A DNA stretch of 64,000 bases from an uncultured Actinomycetes bacterium. Lineage in GTDB: Bacteria; Actinomycetota; Acidimicrobiia; IMCC26256; PALSA-555. The notes under the pieces are model-generated. The model had not been told where the DNA came from. It saw only the letters and a list, made by a program, of their open reading frames with translations, and did no database searches. Shown here piece after piece: positions 47,494-57,189 of this stretch (positions are counted from its first letter, which is position 1; every line of letters begins with the position of its first letter). The position numbers were made by a program, and so were the translations under genes. The stretch is taken from NCBI GenBank assembly GCA_963821325.1, contig CAWGDC010000006.1, forward strand, positions 474,060-538,059, read 5' to 3'.

Positions 47494-48693
47494 GTGACGC
47501 TCAAGGACCAGGCCGCGATCGTCGGCGTCGGCGCGACGCCGTACTACAAGCGCGGCCGGTCCCTCCCCCAGACGCCGTTCGAGCTCGCGGCGAAGGCGAC
47601 CCTCGCCGCGCTCGACGACGCCGGCCTCCGCGTCGCGGACGTCGACGGTCTGGCCCTCTACAGCGTCGGCCTGGGCGGGGACACGTCCCTGTTCGCCCAG
47701 ACGCTCGGGATCCCCGAGGTGCGCTTCACCGCCATGCTCACCGGCGGCGGCGGCGGCGCCGCCGGGTCGGTCGGGCTGGCCGCGGCCGCGATCCACGCCG
47801 GCATGGCGACCTGCGTCGTCAGCCTCATGACCCTCCAGCAGGCCGCGAGCCGCTTCGGCGCCTCGTACGCGCCGCGGGGCCGGCCCGGCGCGCAGTACTC
47901 CGCGCCGCCGTCCCCCGAGGGGAACTTCATCCAGCCGGCGGGTCTCATGGCCCCCGGGCAGATGTTCGCCGTGCTCGCCCAACGGCACATGCACCAGTAC
48001 GGCACGCAGCGGGAGCACTTCGCCGAGGTTGTGCTCTCGACCCGGGAGAACGCGCGGCGGCGCGAGACGGCGCTGATGCGTGACCCGCTCACCCTCGACG
48101 ACTACTTCGCGGCGCGGCTCATCGCCGAGCCGCTGTGCCTCTACGACTTCTGCCTCGAGTGCGACGGCGCCGTCGCGGTCGTGACCGTCGCCGCGGACCG
48201 GGCAAAGGACCTGCGCCGTCCCCCCGTGTCGATCACCGCGTCGGCGCACGGCGGCCACGGCCGGTGGGGGCAGGCCATCACGTGGATGGGCATGCCCGAG
48301 GAGATCTTCGCGTCGTCCGGGCATCGGCCCGTCGCCCGGCGCCTCTACGAGATGGCCGGCCTCGGGCCGGGCGACGTCGACGTCGCGCTGCTCTACGACC
48401 ACTTCTCCCCGATGGTGATCCTCCAGCTCGAGGACTACGGGTTCTGTCCGATCGGGGAGGGCGGCCCGTTCGTCGCGGACGGCACCATCCGCTGGCCCGG
48501 CGGGTCGCTGCCGGTGAACACCCACGGCGGCAACCTGTCCGAGGCGTACATCATCGGGATGACGCACGTGAAGGAGGCCGTCGAGCAGCTCCGCGGGCAA
48601 GCCGTGAACCAGGTGGCGGGCGCCCGCGTCGCGCTCGTGACCGGCGGCCCGGCGTCGCTCCCCGTCTCGTCGCTGCTGCTGAGCGTGCCATGA
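47494..48693 (+). CDS. thiolase-like lipid-transfer (Ltp/SCP-x type) protein
   Basis: ORF 47494..48693, 399 aa, intact. It has AAIVGVGATPYYKRG and PVNTHGGNLSEAYIIGMTHVKEAVEQLRG. Confidence 0.85.
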   Translation: MTLKDQAAIVGVGATPYYKRGRSLPQTPFELAAKATLAALDDAGLRVADVDGLALYSVGLGGDTSLFAQTLGIPEVRFTAMLTGGGGGAAGSVGLAAAAIHAGMATCVVSLMTLQQAASRFGASYAPRGRPGAQYSAPPSPEGNFIQPAGLMAPGQMFAVLAQRHMHQYGTQREHFAEVVLSTRENARRRETALMRDPLTLDDYFAARLIAEPLCLYDFCLECDGAVAVVTVAADRAKDLRRPPVSITASAHGGHGRWGQAITWMGMPEEIFASSGHRPVARRLYEMAGLGPGDVDVALLYDHFSPMVILQLEDYGFCPIGEGGPFVADGTIRWPGGSLPVNTHGGNLSEAYIIGMTHVKEAVEQLRGQAVNQVAGARVALVTGGPASLPVSSLLLSVP

Positions 48694-49133
48694 CCGACGG
48701 CCCGAACGTCGCGCTGCGCCTCCCCGCCGCCGACCTCATCCACCTCACCCCCGACGTGTGGACCGAGCCCTTCTGGGCCGCCGCCGCGGAGCACCGCCTC
48801 GTCGTCCCGCGCTGCACCCAGTGCGGCACCTTCCGCTTCCCGCCGAGCGCCTTCTGCTGGCACTGCCACGCCCAGGCCGTCGAGTGGGTCGAGCGGCCCG
48901 GTCGCGGCACCGTCTTCAGCTTCACGATCGTGTGGCATCCGGTGCTGCCCGACCTCGCCGACTCCGTGCCCTTCGCCCCCGCCGTCGTCGAGCTGCCCGA
49001 CACCGACCACGTCCGCGTCGTCGGCGCGCTCACCGACGCGACCACCGCCGACCCACGGATCGGCCTCGACGTCGAGCTGGTCTGGCGCGACGTCCGCGAC
49101 GCCGAGACCGTCCCGACGTGGCGGCCCGCATGA
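48690..49133 (+). CDS. DUF35 Zn-ribbon/OB-fold protein
   Basis: ATG at 48690 overlaps the upstream stop (ATGA). It has CTQCGTFRFPPSAFCWHC and GTVFSFTIVWH. Confidence 0.85.
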   Translation: MTDGPNVALRLPAADLIHLTPDVWTEPFWAAAAEHRLVVPRCTQCGTFRFPPSAFCWHCHAQAVEWVERPGRGTVFSFTIVWHPVLPDLADSVPFAPAVVELPDTDHVRVVGALTDATTADPRIGLDVELVWRDVRDAETVPTWRPA

Positions 49134-49206
49134 CCCGGCCCGACGGCGACCCGACACCCGCTCGTGTACCGTCCGCGGTCGTGCCCACCCCGAAGACCGG
49201 CGCCTG

Positions 49207-50130
49207 ATGCCCGGCGCGAAGCCACTCGAGCGCCAGAAGATCCTCGTCACCGGCCCCACCGGCCAGGTCGCGCTGCCCGTCACGCTCGCGCTGGCCGCCC
49301 GCAACGACGTGTGGGGCGTGGCCCGGTTCACCGACGCCGCCGCCCGGGAGCGCCTCGACCTCGCCGGCGTCACCTGCGTCGCCACCGACCTCGCCGCCAC
49401 CGACTTCCGCGAGCTGCCCGACGACTTCGACTACGTCCTCAACCTCGCGGTCGCGAAGGGCGGCGACGACGACTGGGACCGGGACTTCGCCGCCAACGCC
49501 GAGTCCGTCGGGCTGCTCGTCGCGCACTGCCGAGCAGCCAAGGCGATCCTGCACTGCTCGTCCACCGCCGTGTACCAGCATCAAGGACCCGCCCACGAGC
49601 TGCGCGAGACCGACCCGCTCGGCGACAACCACCGCGTCATGTTCCCGACGTACAGCCTCGCCAAGATCGCCGCCGAGGCCGTCGCCCGCACCGCGGCGCG
49701 CGAGCACAACGTCCCCACGACCATCGCGCGCCTCAACGTCCCCTACGGCGACAACGGCGGCTGGCCGGCCTGGCACGTGCTGTTCATGAAGTCGGGGTCG
49801 CCGATCCCGCTCCACCCCGAGCGGCCGAACCGGTTCAACCCGATCCACGAGGACGACATCGTCGCCACGCTCCCCGCGCTGCTCGCCGCGGCGAGCGTCC
49901 CCGCGACGATCGTCAACTGGGGTGGCGAGCCCTCCTCGATCGAGGAGTGGTGCGGGATGCTCGCCGAGCTCACCGGGCTCGAGGCCCGCTTCGACGAGAC
50001 GCCCCACACGATCGGGTCGGTCACGATCGACCGCCACCGGCTGCTCGACGTCGCGCCCGCGCCCCGCGTCGCGCTCGCCGACGGGCTGCGGCGCATGGTC
50101 ACCGCCCGCTTCCCCGACCTCGTGTCGTAG
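49207..50130 (+). CDS. NAD-dependent epimerase/dehydratase family protein
   Basis: ORF 49207..50130. It has the Rossmann motif ILVTGPTGQVA and the catalytic YSLAK. Confidence 0.8.
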   Translation: MPGAKPLERQKILVTGPTGQVALPVTLALAARNDVWGVARFTDAAARERLDLAGVTCVATDLAATDFRELPDDFDYVLNLAVAKGGDDDWDRDFAANAESVGLLVAHCRAAKAILHCSSTAVYQHQGPAHELRETDPLGDNHRVMFPTYSLAKIAAEAVARTAAREHNVPTTIARLNVPYGDNGGWPAWHVLFMKSGSPIPLHPERPNRFNPIHEDDIVATLPALLAAASVPATIVNWGGEPSSIEEWCGMLAELTGLEARFDETPHTIGSVTIDRHRLLDVAPAPRVALADGLRRMVTARFPDLVS

Positions 50131-50132
50131 GC

Positions 50133-51212
50133 GTGGCGCGCCCGACCGTCATCGACGCCGACGGGCACGTCTTCGAGCCCGACGAGCTCTGGGAGCGCTA
50201 CCTCCCGCCCGCGCTGCACGACCGGCGGCCCCGGCTCGTCCGCGACGACCGCGGCACCACCCGCTACCAGCTCGACGGGCACCTCGTCCCGCCCGGCACC
50301 GGCGTCGGCGCCTGGGTGCCCGAGGGGATCGAGGAGGCGTCGGTCAAGCGGGACGGCGCCGTCGACCCGCGCCGGCGCCTCGCCGACATGGACACCGAGG
50401 GCATCGACGTCGCCGTCCTCTACGGGACGGCGAGCCTCGGCTTCTGGGGCATCACCGACCGCGAGCTCGCCGGCGCGTCCTGCCGGGCCTACAACGACTG
50501 GCTCGCCGACTACTGCGCGACCGACCCCACCCGCCTGAAGGGCACGCCCGCGCTCCCGCTCGCCACCCTCGACGACGCGCTCGTCGAAGCCCGCCGCGCC
50601 GTCACCGACCTCGGCTTCGTGTCCCTGACCGTCCCCTGCTGCGTCGGCGACCGCAACCTCGACCACCCCGCCTTCGACCCCCTCTGGCGGCTCGCCGAGG
50701 AGCTCGACGTCCCCGTCGGCGTGCACGCCGGCGGCCCCCGCTTCGCGCACCGACGCTTCGTCGACTCGTACGCGACCCTGCACGCCCTCGAGTTCCCCTT
50801 CGACATCATGTTCGCCGCCGCGACCCTCGTGTGCGGCGGCGTCCTCGAGCGCTTCCCCGCCCTGCGGGTCCTGCTCCTCGAGGCCGGCGCCGGCTGGGGC
50901 CCCTACCTCTTCGAGCGGCTCGACGAGCACCACGAGAAGCGACCCGGCGAGATGCCCGCCATCGTGAAGCCCCCCAGCGAGTACCTGGCCGACGGGCGCC
51001 TCGTCGTGTCCTGCGAGGCCGAGCGCCACCTCGACTACGCCCTCGCCGGGCTCGGCCAGCACGCCGTCGTGTACGCCTCCGACTACCCGCACTGGGACGC
51101 CGAGTTCCCCGACTCGGTGCGCGCCATCGCCGACCGTGCCGACCTCGACGACGCCCAGAAGGCGGCGGTGCTCGGCGGCAACGCCGCCCGGATCTACGGC
51201 TGGTCGACATGA
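50133..51212 (+). CDS. amidohydrolase-2 (ACMSD-like) family metal-dependent hydrolase
   Basis: GTG at 50133 in ORF 49164..51212. It has VIDADGHVFEP, VGVHAG and YASDYPHWD. Confidence 0.8.
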   Translation: MARPTVIDADGHVFEPDELWERYLPPALHDRRPRLVRDDRGTTRYQLDGHLVPPGTGVGAWVPEGIEEASVKRDGAVDPRRRLADMDTEGIDVAVLYGTASLGFWGITDRELAGASCRAYNDWLADYCATDPTRLKGTPALPLATLDDALVEARRAVTDLGFVSLTVPCCVGDRNLDHPAFDPLWRLAEELDVPVGVHAGGPRFAHRRFVDSYATLHALEFPFDIMFAAATLVCGGVLERFPALRVLLLEAGAGWGPYLFERLDEHHEKRPGEMPAIVKPPSEYLADGRLVVSCEAERHLDYALAGLGQHAVVYASDYPHWDAEFPDSVRAIADRADLDDAQKAAVLGGNAARIYGWST

Positions 51213-52027
51213 GCGACGTCGTGCTCGTCGACATCGACGAGCGGGTCGCCACGATCACGCTGAACCGCCCCGAGGTCCGCAACGCCATCAGCGGCGCGCT
51301 CCTCCTCGACCTCGCCCACGCCGTCGGCGACGCGGAGGCGAACGACGAGGTCGACGTCGTGATCCTCACCGGCGCCGATCCGGCGTTCTGCGCCGGCGCC
51401 GACCTGCGCGAGGTGGCCGCCGGGCGGCCCGCCGACGTGTCGGCGCCCGGGACCGACGACCGCTACGCGCGCGACGAGATGGGGAAGTTCCGCTTCCGGG
51501 GGCCCTTCCCGCCCCGCACGAAGCTGTTGATCGGGGCGATCAACGGGCCCGCGATCACCGGCGGGTTCGAGCTCGCGCTCAACTGCGACCTGCTCATCGC
51601 CTCCGAGCGCGCCCAGTTCGCCGACACCCACGCCCGCGTCGGGATCATGCCCGGTTGGGGCCTCACCGTCCTGCTCGCCGAGGCCGTCGGGCTGCGCCGA
51701 GCCCGCGAGCTCAGCGCCACCGGCAACTTCCTCTCCGCGGCCGAGGCGCACGCCTGGGGGCTGGTCAACCACGTCGTCCCCCACGAGCAGCTCCTCCCCG
51801 CCGCCCGCCAGCTGGCCCTCGCCGCGGTGCACAACGACCAGCGCGCCGTGCGTCGCATGCTGCGCACCTACGACGAGATCGCCGGCAGCGTCTACGACCC
51901 GGCCTGGGCGATCGAGGATGGCGTGAACCGCAGCTGGTGGGCGGCCACGTTCGACCCCGCGACGGTGGCCCAACGCCGCGACGCCATCGCGGCGCGCGGA
52001 CGCGACCAGGCCAGTCGGCACACGTAA
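51209..52027 (+). CDS. enoyl-CoA hydratase/isomerase family protein
   Basis: ATG at 51209 overlaps the upstream stop. It has ITLNRPEVRNA, FCAGADL and INGPAITGGFELALNCD. Confidence 0.88.
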   Translation: MSDVVLVDIDERVATITLNRPEVRNAISGALLLDLAHAVGDAEANDEVDVVILTGADPAFCAGADLREVAAGRPADVSAPGTDDRYARDEMGKFRFRGPFPPRTKLLIGAINGPAITGGFELALNCDLLIASERAQFADTHARVGIMPGWGLTVLLAEAVGLRRARELSATGNFLSAAEAHAWGLVNHVVPHEQLLPAARQLALAAVHNDQRAVRRMLRTYDEIAGSVYDPAWAIEDGVNRSWWAATFDPATVAQRRDAIAARGRDQASRHT

Positions 52028-52536
52028 CGCGACGTCGCGCGTACACGCCGCGCTAGAAGCGCACTGCCTTCGCTAAGTGATCGCTAAGGAACTATCGCTT
52101 CGCCACGGCGTGGCTTATCGAGGTGCGGTCGAGTGAAGCGCTCGGGAGCGTGCCATCACTGATCTCATCTACGGGGCGGGGACCTTGGGGTTGTTCGTCG
52201 CCGCCGCGCGTTCGTGTGGGCATGTGACCGCATCATCGGTGACGACGACGCGGCCCTCGCCGAGGAAGGTCCCGACGACGAGGACCTCAAGGCCGAACGG
52301 TCGGTCGCAGGATCGATGGAGGTCTCGTCCGGGGACGTCTCGAGCTCGGTGTCCTCCAGCGGGCGCATGGCCCCCGGAGAGCACTCACTGCGGGGAAACG
52401 GTCGTTGCGATGCTTCGACCGGTCGTTGACGGAGCCGGCGTCGAATCGGCGCGGCGGCGGGTCGTTCGGGTGTGGCCGTCGCCGAGGCTGTAGCGGGCTG
52501 GATGGCTTGAGCACCGGCCGGTTGGAGCGAGTGGCA

Positions 52537-53100
52537 ATGTGGAACCGACTGTGTGATGGGGAGGGAACGTTGCGGGTTGCCAAGACTGCGCTCGGTGTGG
52601 CCGTCGTGGGAGGTCTGTTGTTGAGCGCGGCATCTGCCTCGGCGGCTCCCGCCGTGCCCGGGGGCACCATCAAGCTGTGGGCCGAGAACGGGGGGTTCGG
52701 AGGGACGGTCGTGATCACCGGGGCGATCGGTGACTACGGCAAGGCGGTGAAGGCCAACTCGGCTGGCCGAGCCGACAAGAACGGTCGCTACACCAGCCTC
52801 ATCTTGAGGAAGGGCACGATCCTGATCGACGGGTCCCAGCTGAGGGCAGCGGTACAGAACGGCCTGTCGACCGATTTCAACGATGTGACCTGCTCAGGCT
52901 CGGAAGCTGTCAGTGCCCCGGTCCCGATCGTCAGCGGCACGAAGGCGTACGCGGGGATCTCGGGCTCTCTCACCGCCACGGCGACCTTCGTCTTCATCGC
53001 GCCACTCACGAGCAGCGGCAAGTGCGACACGAGCAACAGCGCCAAGCCAATCGAAGCACTGGAAGCGATTGCGGGCTCAGGTCCAGTGGGCTTCAGCTAG
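52537..53100 (+). CDS. hypothetical secreted protein
   Basis: ATG at 52537 within ORF 52405..53100. It has a signal-like segment (AKTALGVAVVGGLLLSAASASAAPA) followed by a beta-rich 150-aa domain. No family recognised. The surrounding DNA has lower GC. Confidence 0.5.
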   Translation: MWNRLCDGEGTLRVAKTALGVAVVGGLLLSAASASAAPAVPGGTIKLWAENGGFGGTVVITGAIGDYGKAVKANSAGRADKNGRYTSLILRKGTILIDGSQLRAAVQNGLSTDFNDVTCSGSEAVSAPVPIVSGTKAYAGISGSLTATATFVFIAPLTSSGKCDTSNSAKPIEALEAIAGSGPVGFS

Positions 53101-53384
53101 ACCGCGAGAGCGCAGTCACCGCGGTCCGCCCTCCCATCGTGCCAGTGCGAGAGTGCGACGGGCGATCCTGGTTCGGGCAATTTGGTACCACGGAGCCCAC
53201 CCGCCCGATCGCGGATGAAGACTGCACCGGGCTCTCCGAACTCCGCGCCGCGTGCCGCGTTCGCGTAGTTCCCGCACCAACCCGAGGACGGCGCGATCTG
53301 GCGGAAGTCGTGCCAGGACTGTCTCCTTCGCACCGTTGGGAGCGCGCGTCTGCAGCCGTGCCGAGTCCGGCGAGGCAGAGGAGC

Positions 53385-54134
53385 TCAGGCAGAGTCGGGA
53401 GTGATGTCGGACGTGTCCGCGGCGTCCGATGATGACGGAACGACGAACCGGAATCCGGTGCCCGTCTCCGTGAGGAAGTAACGGGGACGAGTGGGGTCGG
53501 GTTCGAGCTTCTGGCGGATCTGGGCCATGAACACTCGCGTGTAGTTGGTCTCGCCCTCGTAGCCCGGACCCCACACCTCCGTGAGTAGATGCGGGTAAGT
53601 GATGAGGCGACCGACGTTGCGACTGAGGAGTTCGACGATTCTCCATTGGGTTCTCGTCAGATGCACGCTCTCCCCGGACGGGTCCCGGACGACCTTGTTG
53701 GCGAGGTCGATCGTGAAGTCGGGTGTCTCGATTACCGCCTCGTCGACTTGGCTATACGAGGTGCGACGCATCGCGGCTCGAAGTCGGGCGACGAGCTCGT
53801 CGATCCCGAAGGGCTTGGCGACGTAGTCGTCGGCGCCGGCGTCGAGTGCAGCGACCTTGTCCTTCTCGTTGTCGCGAGCTGAGAGCACGATGATCGGCAC
53901 CTCGCTCCAACCCCGCAGCCCCTCGAGCACCTCGAGGCCGTCAAGATCCGGGAGCCCAAGGTCGAGGATGACGACGTCGGGCTTGACCCGGGCCGCGACC
54001 GTGAGTGCGCTGCCACCGTCGGCGGCTAACGCGACGTTGTAGCCGCGCGCTCGAAGGTTGAGCTCCAGTGTGCGCCGGATCTGGTGCTCGTCGTCGATGA
54101 CGAGGACGGTGGGCATGGGTGGGGTGTCTGTCAT
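53385..54134 (-). CDS. kdpE: OmpR-family response regulator KdpE
   Basis: ORF 53385..54134(-). It has the receiver domain (VLVIDDE...DLGLPDLDG) and a winged-helix output domain. The start overlaps the kdpD stop (ATGA). Confidence 0.9.
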   Translation of the reverse strand: MTDTPPMPTVLVIDDEHQIRRTLELNLRARGYNVALAADGGSALTVAARVKPDVVILDLGLPDLDGLEVLEGLRGWSEVPIIVLSARDNEKDKVAALDAGADDYVAKPFGIDELVARLRAAMRRTSYSQVDEAVIETPDFTIDLANKVVRDPSGESVHLTRTQWRIVELLSRNVGRLITYPHLLTEVWGPGYEGETNYTRVFMAQIRQKLEPDPTRPRYFLTETGTGFRFVVPSSSDAADTSDITPDSA

Positions 54135-56626
54135 GCGAGAGGCAAGGTGAAGAGCGCCGTGACACCGCCGCCGGGTGTGTCTTCCAGCCGCAGGTCAGCT
54201 CCCATTGACTGCACGAACCCACGTGCCACCGCAAGACCGAGACCGACACCGTGCTGGTGGGCGCTGGGTCCATCGCCGAGGCGCTGAAAGGGCTGAAACA
54301 CGGCCGTCCGTTCGGCTGGCGGGATGCCGGGGCCGCGGTCCACGACGCGCAGTTCCACATGGCCGGCGACGCAGTCCGCCTCGACCCGGACCGGGCGATC
54401 GGGTGGTGACCAACTGAGCGCGTTGTCGATGACGTTGGCGACCGCCCGCTCGAGCAGGGCGGGGTCGGTCGCGATCGGTGGCAGCCCCTCGGGCACGGCG
54501 ATCGCCAGCTCCGTCGTGTCGCGTGACAGGCTCTTGATCGCCGAGAACACCACCTCCTCGGGGGCGGTCGGGCGGAGGGTGATGCTCAGCACGCCCGCTT
54601 GCAGCCGGCTCATGTCGAGCAAGTTGCCGACGAGGCTGTTGAGGCGATCGGCCTCGAGGTCGATCGTCTCGCAGAATCCTTTGACGGTTTCGGGAGGCCA
54701 AGCGACCTCCGGGCTGAGGACGCTGGTGGCGGCGGCTTTGATCGAGGCGAGTGGTGTCCGCAGATCGTGCGAGACCGCGGCGAGCATGGCCAACCGCAGC
54801 TCGTTGGTTTCGGCAAGCGAACTTGCTGATGCCGCGTCGGCCTGGAGGACGATCTGTTGTTGGGCCAATCGGAGCTGGGCGACGAACGTGTTGAGGAGCC
54901 GCCGATCGTCGGCGGAGAGGGAGTGGGTGCCGCGCATGGCGAGCGTGGCGCCGTCGGCCAGCTCAGCCACCGAGTCGGCCTCGTGAGGGCTTCCCGGGGG
55001 GAGGGCACCCGCCGCGGCCTGCATGGTCCAGCCGTCCTCGTTCGGCGTGAGCAAGGCAGCTGCCTCGAGCTGAAATGTCGCCCGCACCTCCTGGACGAGC
55101 TCGTCCAGCGCTTCCGAGCTGGGCATGTCCGAGCGGCTCGCCAAGCGGTTCAGCGTCTCGGCCTCACCTCGTGCCCGGGCGATCTCGAAGCCCCGGCGGG
55201 CGAATCGGTCCGTCAGGACGGCAAACGCTCCCGCGACGGCCAAGAACACGATCAGGACGATGAGATCGTCGGTGTGCGCGATTCGCCAATGGTGAATCGG
55301 TGGCACGAAGTACCAGTCGGCGAGCGCGAAGGCGATCAGCGCGGACGCGACGCCCGGCTTGACTCCCCCGACGGCGGCGACGCACACCATCCCTAGCAGG
55401 AGGAGCAAGAGAACGCTCGAGAGCGACGTACCGCCGCGCAGCGGTATGAGGCCGTAGCAAAGCAGCGGGACGCCCACGAGGGCCAAGAGCCAGCCCGCTT
55501 GGCGACGGGGACGCGACAGGCCCGGATTGGTCGAGCGGCTGTCGACTCCAGAGCCGCGCTCGTCCGTGGTGGAGACGACGTGAACGTCGATCGGTCCGGC
55601 GTGAGTCAAGATGCCTCTGATTACGGAGCCGCTCAGTACCTCGGTCCAGCGGTTCTGGCGACTTGCCCCCAAGACCAGTTGCGTCGCGTTCTCGGCCCGG
55701 GCGAAGGCGACGAGGGAATCAGCGATCCGCTGGCCGCTGATGATCGCGAGCTGGCCGCCGAGTGCGGTGGCGAGGTCTCCGTAGTGGTCCAGCGCCGCTA
55801 CGACGTGTGGGGCTTCCTCGCCGGTCCGGACATGCACGGCAAGGAGATCGGCCCGTGTTCGAGCGGCCATGCGGGCTCCACGCCGCAGCAGGCGCTCGCC
55901 GCCGGGCGCCCCGGTCAGCGCGACGACCACACGCTCGCGAGTGTCCCAGGGTTCGGCCACGCCCTCGGAGGCTCGATAGATCGCGAGGCGCTGCTCGGCG
56001 TGGTCGGCCATCCACTCAAGGGCGAGCTCGCGCAAGGCCCCGAGGTTCTCGACTCGGAAGTAGTGGGACAGTGCGCCGTCGATGCGTTCGGGAGGAAAGA
56101 TGTTGCCGTGCGCCATGCGGCGGCGCAGCGCTTCCGGGGTGAGATCCACGAACTCGATCTGGTCGGCGCGGCGCACGACGGCGTCGGGGATCATCTCTGG
56201 CTCCTCGGCGCCAATGACGGTGGCGACGACGTCGGCGAGAGATTCGAGGTGTTGGATGTTGAGCGTCGTGATGACGTCGATCCCGTCGTCGAGCAGGGCC
56301 TCGACGTCCATCCACCGCTTGGGGTGCTCGCTTCCGGGGGCGTTCGTATGGGCGTAGTCGTCGATGAGCGCGACGCCGGGATGACGTTGCCGAGCCGCCA
56401 CCAGGTCCACCTCGCCGCCAGCGTGCGGAGCGCGAGGCGACCGAGAGCAGAGAGGGTTGAGGCCACCGAGCTGGGCTGCCGTCTGCGGCCGCCCCTTGGC
56501 ATCGACGACGACCGCGACGACATCCGTCCCGCGAGTGAAGCGACGCCGGCCCTCGTTGAGCATCGCGTAGGTCTTCCCCACGCCAGGCGCAGCACCCAGA
56601 TAGATCCGCAGGGTTCCTCGAGGCAT
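54131..56626 (-). CDS. kdpD: sensor histidine kinase KdpD
   Basis: ORF 54131..56659(-). ATG at 56626 has GGAAGGAAAG upstream. It has the N-terminal KdpD P-loop domain (GAAPGVGKTY), a Usp-like domain, 4 TM helices, the H-box (AVSHDLRTPL) and an HATPase domain. Confidence 0.95.
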   Translation of the reverse strand: MPRGTLRIYLGAAPGVGKTYAMLNEGRRRFTRGTDVVAVVVDAKGRPQTAAQLGGLNPLCSRSPRAPHAGGEVDLVAARQRHPGVALIDDYAHTNAPGSEHPKRWMDVEALLDDGIDVITTLNIQHLESLADVVATVIGAEEPEMIPDAVVRRADQIEFVDLTPEALRRRMAHGNIFPPERIDGALSHYFRVENLGALRELALEWMADHAEQRLAIYRASEGVAEPWDTRERVVVALTGAPGGERLLRRGARMAARTRADLLAVHVRTGEEAPHVVAALDHYGDLATALGGQLAIISGQRIADSLVAFARAENATQLVLGASRQNRWTEVLSGSVIRGILTHAGPIDVHVVSTTDERGSGVDSRSTNPGLSRPRRQAGWLLALVGVPLLCYGLIPLRGGTSLSSVLLLLLLGMVCVAAVGGVKPGVASALIAFALADWYFVPPIHHWRIAHTDDLIVLIVFLAVAGAFAVLTDRFARRGFEIARARGEAETLNRLASRSDMPSSEALDELVQEVRATFQLEAAALLTPNEDGWTMQAAAGALPPGSPHEADSVAELADGATLAMRGTHSLSADDRRLLNTFVAQLRLAQQQIVLQADAASASSLAETNELRLAMLAAVSHDLRTPLASIKAAATSVLSPEVAWPPETVKGFCETIDLEADRLNSLVGNLLDMSRLQAGVLSITLRPTAPEEVVFSAIKSLSRDTTELAIAVPEGLPPIATDPALLERAVANVIDNALSWSPPDRPVRVEADCVAGHVELRVVDRGPGIPPAERTAVFQPFQRLGDGPSAHQHGVGLGLAVARGFVQSMGADLRLEDTPGGGVTALFTLPLA

Positions 56627-56944
56627 CGCTTTCCTTCCTACAACTGATAGTGGCGCCACCCGGTGGGGCAGGGAAGGGCCTTTGCGTTTCTTTGGCGCCG
56701 AGGACCCGGGAATTCGCGCTGCCGTAACGGCTGGTCGATCCGAGGCAGTCGACCGCTCGCGGCAACGACAACGAGCTGCCTGATGTGACCGGCGCGGCGG
56801 AGCAAGAAGTTGCGAATTCGGACGGCGTTGCTGTCAAGAAGCCACTAAGTCCCTTGCGCGCTTGTCGACGCAGGCGCAACGTGAGCCATCGGTCCGCGGG
56901 CACCGTGTTCGCGGTAACGAATGACGATGAACGTGAGGAGAGGC

Positions 56945-57106
56945 ATGGCCGATCTGTGGGTGGTTCTCACCGTGATCGGATTCGTTTTGCTCAGCGCTGC
57001 CTTCATCAAGGGGTGTGATCTCATTATCGGCCCCGATGACGCGCCTGATGTCGACGCCGCGCTAGAAGGCGCCGCGCCGGCCAGGTCTGGAAGCGCCGAC
57101 CGATGA
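56945..57106 (+). CDS. hypothetical 53-aa single-TM peptide, translationally coupled to kdpF
   Basis: ATG at 56945 follows GAGGAG (56934-56939). It begins MADLWVVLTVIGFVLLSAAFIKG. The stop overlaps the kdpF ATG (ATGA at 57103-57106). Confidence 0.4.
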   Translation: MADLWVVLTVIGFVLLSAAFIKGCDLIIGPDDAPDVDAALEGAAPARSGSADR

Positions 57107-57189
57107 GTGACAACTACATCGGCCTGATCCTCGGATTGCTGATGTCGCTGTTCCTCTTGGCGGCAATCTTGTTCCCGGAGCGTTTCTGA
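57103..57189 (+). CDS. kdpF: potassium-transporting ATPase subunit KdpF
   Basis: Hand translation gives [28 protein letters not shown], 28 aa, with the KdpF-type ending (L..PERF). The stop overlaps the kdpA ATG. Confidence 0.7.
   Translation: MSDNYIGLILGLLMSLFLLAAILFPERF

Noticed and set aside
56660-56944. A c-di-AMP (ydaO-type) or other riboswitch in the kdp leader.
   Set aside because: I could not recognise the conserved ydaO core by eye; I saw only generic stems. It is left as something to test with cmscan rather than a call.
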